A stretch of 64,000 nucleotides of DNA from an uncultured bacterium (GTDB taxonomy: Bacteria; Verrucomicrobiota; Kiritimatiellia; CAIKKV01; CAITUY01), in NCBI GenBank assembly GCA_903895695.1, contig CAITUY010000145.1, forward strand, positions 224 through 64,223, written 5' to 3'. Made by a program: the position numbers and the translations under genes. Below are positions 1-10,138 of this stretch, in pieces. The notes beneath the pieces were generated by a model. That model was not told where the DNA came from and made no database searches. It was given only the letters and a program-made list of their open reading frames with translations. Every line of letters begins with the position of its first letter. The stretch's first letter is position 1.

Positions 1-2
1 AC

Positions 3-872
3 GAACGTCTGAGTGCCGTGATGGCTACTCAGCCCGAGGCCCTTGAATTGCTCCTGGTGGACGATGGCAGCACCGATGGATCCGCCGAGTGGGCTGCCGC
101 GAAGGCGAAGGAAGACCCCCGGGTACGGCTGCTTCGACTTTCCCGAAATTTCGGGCATCAGATCGCGATCACGGCTGGAATGGATCACGCCGGGGGCGAT
201 GCCGTCGTCATTATGGACGCGGATCTCCAGGATCCGCCTGAGGTCATCCCTGACCTGTTGGCCAAGTGGCGTGAGGGCTTCGAGGTCGTTTACGCCGTCC
301 GGCGCAGCCGCGAAGGCGAGACCTGGATGAAGAAGTTTTTGGCCGCGTCTTTCTATCGTGTGTTCCGCGCGATGGCCAAGGTCAATGTTCCCATGGACGC
401 CGGGGATTTTCGACTGGTCGATCGGAAAGTCGTGGAGGCGCTTCGGGAGGTGCGGGAACTGCACCGTTTTATGCGCGGGCTGACGTGTTGGGTGGGTTTC
501 CGGCAGACGGCCGTGAGTTACGACCGTGCCGCCAGGCATGGCGGCGAAACCAAGTATCCGGTCTGGAAATCGGCGCGTCTGGCGGTGGATGCAATCACGG
601 CGTTTTCCGCCTCCCCGCTACGGTGGACGGTGGGCGTCGGGTTGGTCGCCTGCCTGGTCGGGCTGCTGTGGTCCCTGGAACTCGTCGTGGCCCACTTCAC
701 GAATCCCGGTGGTTACGAACGCGGGTGGGTTTCGGTTATCGCTGCCATTGTATTTATGGGCGGCGTGCAACTGGTCTCCATCGGTATGTTGGGCCAGTAT
801 GTCAGTCGGATCTTCGAGGAAACCAAGCGACGGCCGCTCTATTTCCTCAGGGACCAACCGCCCACCCGGTGA
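3..872 (+). CDS. GT2 polyprenol-phosphate glycosyltransferase (GtrB/ArnC/YkcC-like), probably 5'-truncated by the window edge
   Basis: VDDGSTDGS, LSRNFGHQIAITAG, MDADLQDPPE and GDFRLVDRKV motifs; two C-terminal TM helices ending in EETKRRPLY; frame is open from position 3. Confidence 0.9.
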   Translation, partial: ERLSAVMATQPEALELLLVDDGSTDGSAEWAAAKAKEDPRVRLLRLSRNFGHQIAITAGMDHAGGDAVVIMDADLQDPPEVIPDLLAKWREGFEVVYAVRRSREGETWMKKFLAASFYRVFRAMAKVNVPMDAGDFRLVDRKVVEALREVRELHRFMRGLTCWVGFRQTAVSYDRAARHGGETKYPVWKSARLAVDAITAFSASPLRWTVGVGLVACLVGLLWSLELVVAHFTNPGGYERGWVSVIAAIVFMGGVQLVSIGMLGQYVSRIFEETKRRPLYFLRDQPPTR

Positions 873-875
873 ATC

Positions 876-2027
876 ATGGCGACGACCCCGGCTCCCGCAA
901 GCAAGAATGACTACGGGTTCGTCCGCTTCCTCGATCACGCGGTCGGCGCGTGCGCGCTGCGGATTTTGGGCTCGTGCCGTCTCCGCCGTCACGCTCCTCC
1001 CGCGGATGTTCGTTCCATTCTCCTGATGAAGTTCGATGGCCTGGGCGACCTGGTTCTGGTGACAGGCATTGCGGACGATCTTCGCAGGAGGTATCCCGGT
1101 GCGTCGATAACACTGCTGTGCGGGCCCTTCAACTATCCGCTGGCGAGCATTCTGGCCGCCTTTGACCGGTGCGTTTGCCTGGAGTTGCACGCCCCTTGGC
1201 GCACGGTCGGCGAGTTGCGGCGATTGAACGTGGACCTTTGCATCGACCTCGGCGAATGGTCACGGATTGAAGCCCTGCTGACCCGCCTGAGCGGAGCGAA
1301 GTATACCACAGGGTTCCGTACGCGGGGTCAGCACCGGCACTACGCGTACGACCGCGTCGGTGACCTGCGGTTTGACCGCCACGAGATCGAGAACTACCGG
1401 GCTTTGCTGCGTCAGCTCGACATCCCGGCCGGTGCACCGCCAACACTGGCATTGGTGCCGGGAGCGTCTTCCGCGTCGCCCGTGACGCTGCCGGGCGCAC
1501 GCTATGCCGTTATTCATATGTGGTCCGGCAGTGCGAGATGGGCTCACCTCAAGGAATGGCCTGAAGATAATTGGGTTCGCCTCATCCAATGGCTGACGGC
1601 CCAGGGATTGACCGTCTACGTAACGGGGTCTTCGGGCGACCAAGCCCGGTTCGACGCCTTCGGCCAGAGGTGTCGCTCGCAAGGGGTGTCAGTCCAGTCC
1701 GCCATCGGGTTTCGTTTTCCAGCATTGATGGCGTTTCTTCGGGAGGCAGAGGTGGTTGTGTCGATTGACACCAGTATCGCGCACTTGAGCGGGGCCTTGG
1801 GCGTGCCGACGGTAGGTTTGCACGGCCCGACCAGTTCGAAGCGGTGGGGCGCCGTGGGCAAGCGCGTGGTGGCGATCGACTCACCGACTGCCGGGTGCGG
1901 GTATATGAACTGGGGCGCCGATAGCGACCGGAAACGCGCAAGCCTGAAGTGTATGGAGGCCATCGATGCAAGGGTGGTGTTGGATGAAGCGGCACGACTG
2001 ATGAGTCTGCAGGAAGGCGAGCCATGA
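876..2027 (+). CDS. GT9 family glycosyltransferase (heptosyltransferase-like)
   Basis: FDGLGDLVL, KEWPEDNW and VVSIDTSIAHLSGALGVPTVGLHGPT motifs. Confidence 0.85.
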   Translation: MATTPAPASKNDYGFVRFLDHAVGACALRILGSCRLRRHAPPADVRSILLMKFDGLGDLVLVTGIADDLRRRYPGASITLLCGPFNYPLASILAAFDRCVCLELHAPWRTVGELRRLNVDLCIDLGEWSRIEALLTRLSGAKYTTGFRTRGQHRHYAYDRVGDLRFDRHEIENYRALLRQLDIPAGAPPTLALVPGASSASPVTLPGARYAVIHMWSGSARWAHLKEWPEDNWVRLIQWLTAQGLTVYVTGSSGDQARFDAFGQRCRSQGVSVQSAIGFRFPALMAFLREAEVVVSIDTSIAHLSGALGVPTVGLHGPTSSKRWGAVGKRVVAIDSPTAGCGYMNWGADSDRKRASLKCMEAIDARVVLDEAARLMSLQEGEP

Positions 2028-2581
2028 ACCGGTTGAATTACGGATGCGGGCGTGACTACCGCGAAGGTTGGGTCAACGTCGACGTTAACCCGGCGGTCAG
2101 GGCTGATGTGCACATTGCTATGGGCGCCCGCCTGCCGTTCCCTGACGGCATGTTTCAGGAAGTTCTGCTGGACAACGTGCTGGAGCACGTCAGCAAGGAC
2201 CACGTGTTCGCATTCCTGGATGAAATCTATCGCGTGTGCTCGGATGCCGCCCGCGTGCGAATCTATGTGCCCCATTTCACAAGCGTTTTTGCGTGGGGCA
2301 ACCTTTCGCATCAGTCCACGTTCGCGATCGGGGCTTTCGATTGTTGCAGTCCCGAAGGCGGCATCGGCTCAGGGGAACGCTATGGAGCTGGCGTGTTCAA
2401 GGTCCGACAGCAGCGCCTGCTGTTGATCGGCCACAATCCCGTGCGGTTCCCGTGGCTGGGACGGTTGCCGATAAACGGGATCTTCAACCTGGGCTGGCTT
2501 TGGCAGAAATGCATGGAGCGGTTCCAGGTCTTCGGTTTTGACGAGGTATACTTTGAGCTGGAGGTGGTAAAGCACCCATGA
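2024..2581 (+). CDS. Class I SAM-dependent methyltransferase (type 11-like)
   Basis: LNYGCGRD...GWVNVD, LPFPDG, VLEHV; ATGA overlap with the upstream gene. Confidence 0.8.
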   Translation: MNRLNYGCGRDYREGWVNVDVNPAVRADVHIAMGARLPFPDGMFQEVLLDNVLEHVSKDHVFAFLDEIYRVCSDAARVRIYVPHFTSVFAWGNLSHQSTFAIGAFDCCSPEGGIGSGERYGAGVFKVRQQRLLLIGHNPVRFPWLGRLPINGIFNLGWLWQKCMERFQVFGFDEVYFELEVVKHP

Positions 2582-3966
2582 AACGAATTCTATTAGTGAG
2601 CCCTTGTGAGAACGACGGCCTTAAAGGCCTGGACACCTATCCCTCCGGGGCGCTGGTGCTCATGGGCACCATGCTGGTCAATAAGGGACATGAGGTCAAG
2701 ATTGTCCACATGACGAGCGACAGGACGGACGTGGACGGTATTCAGGCGATCGTGCGATCCTTCCGGCCGGACATCGTGGGCGTCACGGTCAACACGTTTC
2801 AGACCAAGGCGGCCAAGCGGGTCACGGCTGGCGTGAAAGCCGTTAGCCCGGACACCATGGTCGTCATCGGGGGGCCCCACCCGTCGGCGTTGGGCCTGGC
2901 CATTTTCCGCGATTTTTCCCATGTGGATGTGGCCGTGATCGGCGAGGGCGAGCACGCCTTCATGGAACTCGTTGACGGCACGAATCCGCGGGACGTTCGC
3001 GGCGTATGTTACCAGGGGGTCTTCACGGGCCCGGCTGAACTGGCGCATGACCTGAGTTTTATCCCGCTCCCCAATCTGGGTTTGGTCGATCTCCATCGGT
3101 TTTCGGGCGCGGACCCGTTGGGCGCGTATCCCAGCATGTTCATCATGGCCTCGCGCGGGTGCCCGTTCGGCTGCACGTTTTGCAATAAGTCCATTTTCGG
3201 GCGGACGGCGAGATTCCGGACGCCGGAGGCCGTGGTGGCCGAGGTCGAATGGCTGCACCGGCAATACGGGATCCGGGAGATCTATTTCCAGGACGACACG
3301 TTCAACCTGAACCGCGCCTGGGCGACTCGGGTCCTGCAGTTGATCATCGATTCCGGCCTGAACAAGCGGATTGTCTATAAGACATCCTTCCGGGCGAACC
3401 GAAACCTGATCGACGAAGACCTGCTGCAGTTGGCCAAGAAAGCGGGCGTTTGGTTGGTATTCTACGGCGTCGAGAGTGGGAATCAGGCGATGCTCGACCG
3501 AATGCAGAAAGGGCTCACCCTCGATGAGATCCGGCGCGCCTTCGCGCTCACTCATCGCGCCGGGTTGAAGACGATCGGGGCTTTCATTGTGGGGTTGCCC
3601 GGCGAGACGGAAGCCACGTTTGAGGATACCCTGAAGCTCTGGGCCGAAATCCGGCCGCATTTCATCGGTTGCGGCGCGGCCATTCCGTTTCCTGGTACAG
3701 AACTGGATGAGGAAGTCACGCGCAAGGGTCACAAGGTCATCTCGGACTACGATGAGTATTCCCTGAGCAAGGTGGTGGTTCGAACCGACGCGCTCACGGT
3801 CGACCAGTTGCGGAACATGCTCCTGCGATTCCGGCGCCTTTTCATGCGCAACCTGGTGATGGACATTTTGCGATTCCGTACCACGGGCTTTCTGCTCATG
3901 GTGTTGCGCTCGCCCCAATACTTCTGGTACATGTTGCGACGAGTCGTTACGTATTTTCGCGTCTGA
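2578..3966 (+). CDS. B12-binding radical SAM protein
   Basis: N-terminal cobalamin-binding domain (VIGGPHPS, GEGE); SRGCPFGCTFC CxxxCxxC; GVESG; FIVGLPGET. Confidence 0.9.
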   Translation: MKRILLVSPCENDGLKGLDTYPSGALVLMGTMLVNKGHEVKIVHMTSDRTDVDGIQAIVRSFRPDIVGVTVNTFQTKAAKRVTAGVKAVSPDTMVVIGGPHPSALGLAIFRDFSHVDVAVIGEGEHAFMELVDGTNPRDVRGVCYQGVFTGPAELAHDLSFIPLPNLGLVDLHRFSGADPLGAYPSMFIMASRGCPFGCTFCNKSIFGRTARFRTPEAVVAEVEWLHRQYGIREIYFQDDTFNLNRAWATRVLQLIIDSGLNKRIVYKTSFRANRNLIDEDLLQLAKKAGVWLVFYGVESGNQAMLDRMQKGLTLDEIRRAFALTHRAGLKTIGAFIVGLPGETEATFEDTLKLWAEIRPHFIGCGAAIPFPGTELDEEVTRKGHKVISDYDEYSLSKVVVRTDALTVDQLRNMLLRFRRLFMRNLVMDILRFRTTGFLLMVLRSPQYFWYMLRRVVTYFRV

Positions 3967-4046
3967 GGCGGTCCAAGGGTGGTTGGCTTGGACCCCTCCC
4001 TTTGCGGGCGGCTGGCCGGTTGACCGACGGCAATCGGAGGAAGATC

Positions 4047-6086
4047 ATGACGATGGCAAAGTCGGTAAGTCCGGCGGTACGTCGCGGGACAGTTTGGGTC
4101 GCCTTGGGATGTCTAATCCTGCTTGGCGCCTATTTCAGACTGGCGCGCCTGGGAGTGCCGTCGCTCTACATGGACAACCAGGATTTCCTGCTGCCCTGCC
4201 AGCAGGGCGTTTCCTTCGTGGATGTGTTCACCCACTGGCAGGAACTGCCGACGGGCAAGAATCACCTGCCGTTCCCCGTGGCGGTTACCGCCGGGGTGCT
4301 GCAAACCTTTCATCTGCCGGTAACCTTCGCAAATCTTATTCTGCCGTCGGCGCTTTGGGGCGTGCTGGTGATTCCCGTGGCCTTCGCGATTGGGCGCGAA
4401 TTGAGGGGGCCGCGCCTGGGGTTGGTGCTGGCCGGGATCGTGGCGCTGAATCCGATCTGCATCCAGTTGTCCCGCTTGGCGTATTACTACAGCCCGGCCT
4501 TGTTGGGCTGTTTCCTGTCGCTATGGGCCGTCCTGCTTTTCTTTAGGCCGTCCAAGACCGCGGCGTTGCCCCGGGAATTCCACGTCGTGGGTCCGCTGTC
4601 CGCGTTCATGATGGGGTACTCCGATGCCAGCGTGTGGCCTTACGGTGGGACGGTCGTGCTGCTGTTCCTGGGCGTTCTCGGCTATCGCTTCCTTCGTCAC
4701 CGCCAGGGAGGTCGTGACCTGCTTCTTGCGGTGATTCTGTTTGGTGCCGTGGGACTTCCCGTGCTCCTTTCGTCTTGGGGGCTCAGGGGCGTGGTGAAGG
4801 GGGTCATGGGAATGACCGCCGAGGAGAATGCCTACTGGAGACTTGTCTTCTGGCATATGGGTTCTCCCTGGCTGAAGCTCTGGCCGGCTCTGAAGTCCTA
4901 TGCATGGGGAACGACGGCTGCACGGACGCTGTTCTCGACAGTGGTTCTGGGAATGGGCCTTGCTTGCGCGGTCCTCGGCGCGCGGCGGGACCGTCGGCAT
5001 GGCGTGCTCCTCGGACTGGGGGGCGTGGCGCTTACGGTGACGCTGCTGGTCCTCATCCAGACGCCGGCCGCGTTCACACCTGCGCGACTCATGTCGGCGG
5101 TTCCGATGTACCTGACGCTGCTGTCATTGGGACTGATGTGGCCCGCCGAGGCGGCCGAGCGGTGGCACCGGGTTGCCCGCGCCGGTTGGTTCGCCTCGGG
5201 GGTGTTGATCGTGGCGGCCGCACTGTTGGCCGTGTGGCCGGCCTGGCTTTGCACGCGCGTGCTGGGGCGTCCCATGCCATTTAAGGCTACGGTGGCGTGG
5301 CTGGATGCGCACCTGCCGGCCGATACGCCGATTCTCACGGAACGGTTCTTTGACGCGTACAACGAGTTCCACGTTCATCCGGCAACAAACGTGATCTTCA
5401 TGTCAACGGTCCGGAACCAGGTGCCCCCCGAATACCTGGGAAATCATTTCCGCGACCGGTCCGAGGCCTTTCTTTCCAATAATCCCGTCTCGGGTGTCTT
5501 CCTGAGGCACCTGCTGTGGGATCGTCCGGAGGTCGGGCCCTGGACGTGGCCGGAGCGGTTCTTCGCGCGGAGCATCGTGATTACGAACGAGGCCAGCCTG
5601 GCGCTGCATCGCCTGGGGCTGAATAACGACACGCCGGCGGACGATCCGTCGGGCGACGCCGAATGCACGATGACCGTGCTGTACAATCTGCCTGAGGACG
5701 TCGTCGAACGGGCGCGACGTGAAGGCAAGTCGGTCGTCGGGTTCTTCGGGCCCGGTTGGAAGTATGTGAAGACGCAGGATTACCGCGACTGGCGTGTGTT
5801 GGGCGAATCGGCTTCCGTCGACGTGTACAACCTGGAGACCAACGCGGTATCGTGTCAGCTTGCGGTGCGCGGGGTTGCGGTCAACGGCACGAAGAACGTA
5901 GTGTTGTCGTCAGGCGGCAAGACGCGTCTCGATAATGGCGTGTTGGGCGAACACTCGCTGGGAACGCTTATGCTCTCCCCGGGGCATACCCGCTTGACGG
6001 CGCGTGATCCGAACTGGCAGGGAAGACAGATCCCGCTGCTCGTGGAGAGCATCGAATGCCGGAAGGCCGATCAAGCGGGCCAATGA
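4047..6086 (+). CDS. Polytopic membrane glycosyltransferase, GT-C (ArnT/PMT-like), with C-terminal soluble domain
   Basis: First TM followed by RL..LG.PSLYMDN loop; about 11 hydrophobic segments; hydrophilic C-terminus; start chosen at MTMAKS. Confidence 0.65.
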   Translation: MTMAKSVSPAVRRGTVWVALGCLILLGAYFRLARLGVPSLYMDNQDFLLPCQQGVSFVDVFTHWQELPTGKNHLPFPVAVTAGVLQTFHLPVTFANLILPSALWGVLVIPVAFAIGRELRGPRLGLVLAGIVALNPICIQLSRLAYYYSPALLGCFLSLWAVLLFFRPSKTAALPREFHVVGPLSAFMMGYSDASVWPYGGTVVLLFLGVLGYRFLRHRQGGRDLLLAVILFGAVGLPVLLSSWGLRGVVKGVMGMTAEENAYWRLVFWHMGSPWLKLWPALKSYAWGTTAARTLFSTVVLGMGLACAVLGARRDRRHGVLLGLGGVALTVTLLVLIQTPAAFTPARLMSAVPMYLTLLSLGLMWPAEAAERWHRVARAGWFASGVLIVAAALLAVWPAWLCTRVLGRPMPFKATVAWLDAHLPADTPILTERFFDAYNEFHVHPATNVIFMSTVRNQVPPEYLGNHFRDRSEAFLSNNPVSGVFLRHLLWDRPEVGPWTWPERFFARSIVITNEASLALHRLGLNNDTPADDPSGDAECTMTVLYNLPEDVVERARREGKSVVGFFGPGWKYVKTQDYRDWRVLGESASVDVYNLETNAVSCQLAVRGVAVNGTKNVVLSSGGKTRLDNGVLGEHSLGTLMLSPGHTRLTARDPNWQGRQIPLLVESIECRKADQAGQ

Positions 6087-6239
6087 CACACAGCGCCGCT
6101 CAAGTGCCTTGTACCTGTTGAGTCTTCCCGTCTGCCTCTTGTGGAGCGGCGCGGCTTCCCGCGCCGGCCTGCCCTGAGCGCCATCGAAGGGCCGGAGCCG
6201 GAAGCGGCGCCGCTCCCTGTGGCAGGGGGCGGATAGGCT

Positions 6240-7631
6240 TTAATTCCGCTTGTTCGACTTTGCCTTCGGCATCGGCTGTGTGGGTCTTCTGGTCTCGGCT
6301 GTGGGGCTGTCCGCGCCGTCGCTGAATAAAGCCGGCCACCGGCGCGCCCGGGCAAAGTCGAACAACTGGAGCAGCGTGATCGCCGCGCAGCATCCCATCA
6401 GCATGTACAGGAACAGCATGTAGGGGATGTAGAAAACCACCGCGGCCTGGTGAAGGTGGTGCCACATGTGTCCCTTCATCATAAAGGCCCACGACAGGCT
6501 GGCGCCGAGGCTGTAGATCGTCGCCGCGCTTAGAGATACCAGCAGTTTTCGGTTCGCCTCGAAACGCGGGAACCGTCGCCCATCCAGCAAGGACATAAGC
6601 GAGAACGGGACGACCGCCACCAGGAAGGCATAGAACGATAGATAGATGTGATAGCCGGGGAATTTGTTCTGGTAAAAGGGCAAACTCATCATGGGCTGAG
6701 TCAGGTACTGTTCGAAGATTTGGAAGACTGAAATCTCGGGCGGGGCGCCCCAATCCACGGAGGCGAAGCGCGCCTCATGCCCGTACATCCGGTTGAAGGC
6801 CGCGTGAAAGACGGTCATCGCCTTGTCGGCGTTGCCGAAGAAGAGATAGCCCTGTACAGCCGTGGCTATCATGCTGATCCCGACCGCCGCCGTGCCCACG
6901 GCGATGGCGGCGAGAGTCCACTTGGCGATGCGCCGGAATGGAACTCGATGCAACACGCCCCAGAAGACGGGGCCGACCCCGATGCCGAACACGACATTGG
7001 TTATGAAGGGGTTGCTGCACAGGCAGAGAAATATCATGGCGGCCCCGATGATCAGGAGGAACTGCCAGAACTTCAGCCGTCCGCCGGTGACGACATGCCG
7101 GAACAACATGAAGGAAAGCAGGGAGGGCAGCAGCCGCAGGCAGAACAACAGATCGATGTTGCGGGCGATAAAGACCAGCCAGTCGGAAAGACATGTCAGG
7201 GCGGCAAGCGTAATGGCGGCGCCCCAGCCGATGTGCCGCCGCACAAAGAGCACGAAGGCGGCCAGCATGACGGCAAAGCAGCCCGAGACGACCCACTCTG
7301 TCCGCTCCACGAATGTGGCGGAGTCCAATGCCGTGTGGCTGAAGATCCAGCCGTATATCTTCACGTGAAGAGCAAAGGCGCGGTCATAGACATCGGTCTC
7401 CTTGGGATAGCCATAGATGAACCCGCCGGCCGGCCAGTGGCCGTCGCGGCGGGTCATGTCAATCGTTTGCTCGATGGCCTTGTAGGTGTCGATCTGGAAC
7501 GTCTCGAAGACCCGGGGGCGCCACTGCTTGGGGTCGCAGGGGTCCCCGATCTGGAAGGGATTCCTCATGAAGGTGACCGTGAACAGACACGCGAGTGCGA
7601 GGAAGATGACGATTTCTGGTATGCGTCTCAT
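6240..7631 (-). CDS. Polytopic membrane protein, probable GT-C-type glycosyltransferase
   Basis: 463-aa ORF: N-terminal TM, acidic loop (FETFQIDTY), then many TM segments; located in glycan locus. Confidence 0.55.
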   Translation of the reverse strand: MRRIPEIVIFLALACLFTVTFMRNPFQIGDPCDPKQWRPRVFETFQIDTYKAIEQTIDMTRRDGHWPAGGFIYGYPKETDVYDRAFALHVKIYGWIFSHTALDSATFVERTEWVVSGCFAVMLAAFVLFVRRHIGWGAAITLAALTCLSDWLVFIARNIDLLFCLRLLPSLLSFMLFRHVVTGGRLKFWQFLLIIGAAMIFLCLCSNPFITNVVFGIGVGPVFWGVLHRVPFRRIAKWTLAAIAVGTAAVGISMIATAVQGYLFFGNADKAMTVFHAAFNRMYGHEARFASVDWGAPPEISVFQIFEQYLTQPMMSLPFYQNKFPGYHIYLSFYAFLVAVVPFSLMSLLDGRRFPRFEANRKLLVSLSAATIYSLGASLSWAFMMKGHMWHHLHQAAVVFYIPYMLFLYMLMGCCAAITLLQLFDFARARRWPALFSDGADSPTAETRRPTQPMPKAKSNKRN

Positions 7632-7895
7632 GGGCGGATTTCTCCTCTATCCGGAGGGCGTGTGTTCGGTCCGGTTTGTTCGTGGCGGGAAAGATAGTCT
7701 GTGTGCGTGTCGGGTCAATCCCGAAAATCAGTCGCCAGGCGCCGGCGATTTGTCTCCTTGCGGTGCCGACCGTCTTTTTGGGATACTTTCGGGCTGAGAA
7801 CCGAAACGTGAATCGGCGGGTGGGATCGGCGGGCGGCCCAGACGGACAGGTGCCGCCTGCGCAGGCGGTGGACCATACGGAAAGGCGAAGTGTGA

Positions 7896-9305
7896 ATGAA
7901 CGTGTTGATCTGCACGCCGACTAAGTTCAAGTCGTCTGCCTCCATTCAAGCGATCGACGAGGTTTTCAGTTATTCCGAGCACCTTGGGATAGCCTATCTG
8001 GCGGCGGTCCTCCGCGAGAGCGGGTATCCGGTGCAAGTGCTTCACAGTGAAGCCGAGAACCTGGACGTGGACGGCCTGCGCGATTGGATGCAGGGCAAGC
8101 ACTTCGATCTCATTGGGCTCAACACCGATACGCCCTCGTGGCAAACGGCACGGCAGGACTTGCGCGAAATCCGCCAGGCCTTTCCCGAGGCCGTGATTGT
8201 CGTAGGCGGGCCTCACGCGAATGCGCTCCACAAGGTTGACCGGCTCGGCGATATGTTCCGGGAGTCCGGCGATTTCGACCTGGCGGCCTTTGGTGAAGGC
8301 GAGTACACGCTGCTCGAGATCGCGCAACGGCAGGCCGCAGGCCAGGAGTTGTTGACAGTGCTGGGCACCGCCTCAAGGTCGGGGACCGAGGTCAAGGTCA
8401 ACCCTGCCCGGCCGCTTGTCGAAAACATTGACACTATTCCCTTCCCCGCGATCGATTTGCTTCCTCTCCATAAGTATTCCCGGACGCCCTCCAGTTACCG
8501 TCGCGAACCAGTAAGGTCGATCTTGGCGGCCCGTGGGTGTCCATTCTCATGCCTCTTCTGCGATCGGGGAGCTTTCGGCAGAACGGTGCGCCTGCGTTCC
8601 GTGGACAACTTGATGGCGGAAGTCGATCTCCTGGTAACGAAATATGGAGCGCGCGAACTGCGGTTCTGGGATGACGTGCTGACCATCAATGAGGCCCGCA
8701 CCTTGCAGGTGTGCGAGGCGCTGTCGAAGTACGACTTGACGTGGAGCTGCAACGGGCGCGTCAAGATGCTGACCGACCGGATGCTGGCGGCGATGAAGAA
8801 GGCAGGGTGTTGGGAGATCGATCTGGGCATCGAGGCCGGCAACGACACCGTGCTGCGGACCATACATAAGGGGTTCACCGCCGTTCAGGCGCAGGAGACC
8901 ATTAAGAAAGTCTCGGACCACGGAATCGAGGTTCGCTGCTTCTTCATTCTGGGTTTTCCCGGGGAGACCCGTGAGACGGTAGCCGATACCATCAACTTCG
9001 CCTTGAACAATCCCATTGACTACGCGACGTTCTACCTGCCGCAGGCCTATCCCGGCACGGAACTCTACGAGATAGCCGTCCGCGAAGGGGCGCTGGGCGC
9101 GGATTACTCCAACTACCTCATCACGGGCTCCATTCCATCCTATACGAATCCCAACATCCCGCCCGGGGAACTGGCCGACATGCAGCGGTCCGCCTATCGC
9201 CGATTCTACCGCCGGCCCTCGTACATTTGGAAGAGACTCAAGGCAATCCGCAGCGTCGAGGACATTCGGAGATACTGGAAGGCGCTGGCTGTCTTGAAAA
9301 TGTGA
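7896..9305 (+). CDS. B12-binding radical SAM protein
   Basis: HLGIAYLAAVL, VVGGPHA, GEGE, ARGCPFSCLFC, FILGFPGET. Confidence 0.9.
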   Translation: MNVLICTPTKFKSSASIQAIDEVFSYSEHLGIAYLAAVLRESGYPVQVLHSEAENLDVDGLRDWMQGKHFDLIGLNTDTPSWQTARQDLREIRQAFPEAVIVVGGPHANALHKVDRLGDMFRESGDFDLAAFGEGEYTLLEIAQRQAAGQELLTVLGTASRSGTEVKVNPARPLVENIDTIPFPAIDLLPLHKYSRTPSSYRREPVRSILAARGCPFSCLFCDRGAFGRTVRLRSVDNLMAEVDLLVTKYGARELRFWDDVLTINEARTLQVCEALSKYDLTWSCNGRVKMLTDRMLAAMKKAGCWEIDLGIEAGNDTVLRTIHKGFTAVQAQETIKKVSDHGIEVRCFFILGFPGETRETVADTINFALNNPIDYATFYLPQAYPGTELYEIAVREGALGADYSNYLITGSIPSYTNPNIPPGELADMQRSAYRRFYRRPSYIWKRLKAIRSVEDIRRYWKALAVLKM

Positions 9306-9345
9306 TACGGGCGGGTGGCGATTGGCCGAAGCGAAAGGTGATTCC

Positions 9346-10062
9346 ATGGCGGATGAGAAGCGAGATTCGGTTACGGTCCTTGTCTGCGCCAAGAACGAGG
9401 CCGGGGGGATCGGTCAGATTGTCGAGCAGCTCAAGGCGTATGCCGATGAAGTGCTGGTTGTCGATGGGCATTCCACCGACGATACGCGTGCCATTGCCGA
9501 GCGGGCTGGCGCCCGTGTGTGTCTCGATCATGGCACGGGCAAGGGGGATGCCTATAGGGTCGGGGTGCAAGCCGCGTCATGCGATATCATTGTGTTCATC
9601 GATGGCGACGGCTCCCACGAGCCCGCCGATATCCCTGCGCTCATTGCCCCTATCGTGCAAGGCAAGGCGGAACTGGTGATCGCCTCCCGGCACAGAGGGG
9701 GCAGCGACGAGTGGGGCGGCGATCTGACGACGTGGCTTCGGGCGATGGGCGGCGGCTTGCTTAGCGTCTTGATCAATGCGCGGTTCAAGACCAACCTCAC
9801 GGACGTTCTGAACGGGTTCCGGGCAGCCAGGCGCGACGCGGCGCTTCAGGTGCCCATGCGGGCGAACGACTTTGACATTGAGCAGCACATGATTGTGCAG
9901 TTTCTGAAATGTGGATTCAAGGTTGCCGAGGTGCAAAGCCACGAGTACTGCCGGAAGTGGGGGCATTCGAAGCTGCCCACTTACCGTAAAGCGTATCTTT
10001 TCTTCTGGCGTCTGTTTCTGGACCTGCTGAGGCGAACGGAGCGACGCAATCCTGGCTGTTGA
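9346..10062 (+). CDS. GT2 DPM1-like polyprenol-phosphate glycosyltransferase
   Basis: AKNEAG, VVDGHSTDDT, GKGDA, FIDGDGSHEP, TDVLNGFRA. Confidence 0.85.
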   Translation: MADEKRDSVTVLVCAKNEAGGIGQIVEQLKAYADEVLVVDGHSTDDTRAIAERAGARVCLDHGTGKGDAYRVGVQAASCDIIVFIDGDGSHEPADIPALIAPIVQGKAELVIASRHRGGSDEWGGDLTTWLRAMGGGLLSVLINARFKTNLTDVLNGFRAARRDAALQVPMRANDFDIEQHMIVQFLKCGFKVAEVQSHEYCRKWGHSKLPTYRKAYLFFWRLFLDLLRRTERRNPGC

Positions 10063-10138
10063 CCGTGAGGTCTGGCGTGGCTCAATGACTTGGTAATACA
10101 GGGTGGATGTCAGATAATCTGCGACGAGAGGAGAGACC

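Noticed and set aside
2593-3918. 441-aa minus-strand ORF and similar long antisense ORFs (e.g. 28706..29908, 47336..48367, 50267..51223)
   Set aside because: They mirror well-supported genes on the other strand, as expected in high-GC DNA, and show no motifs.
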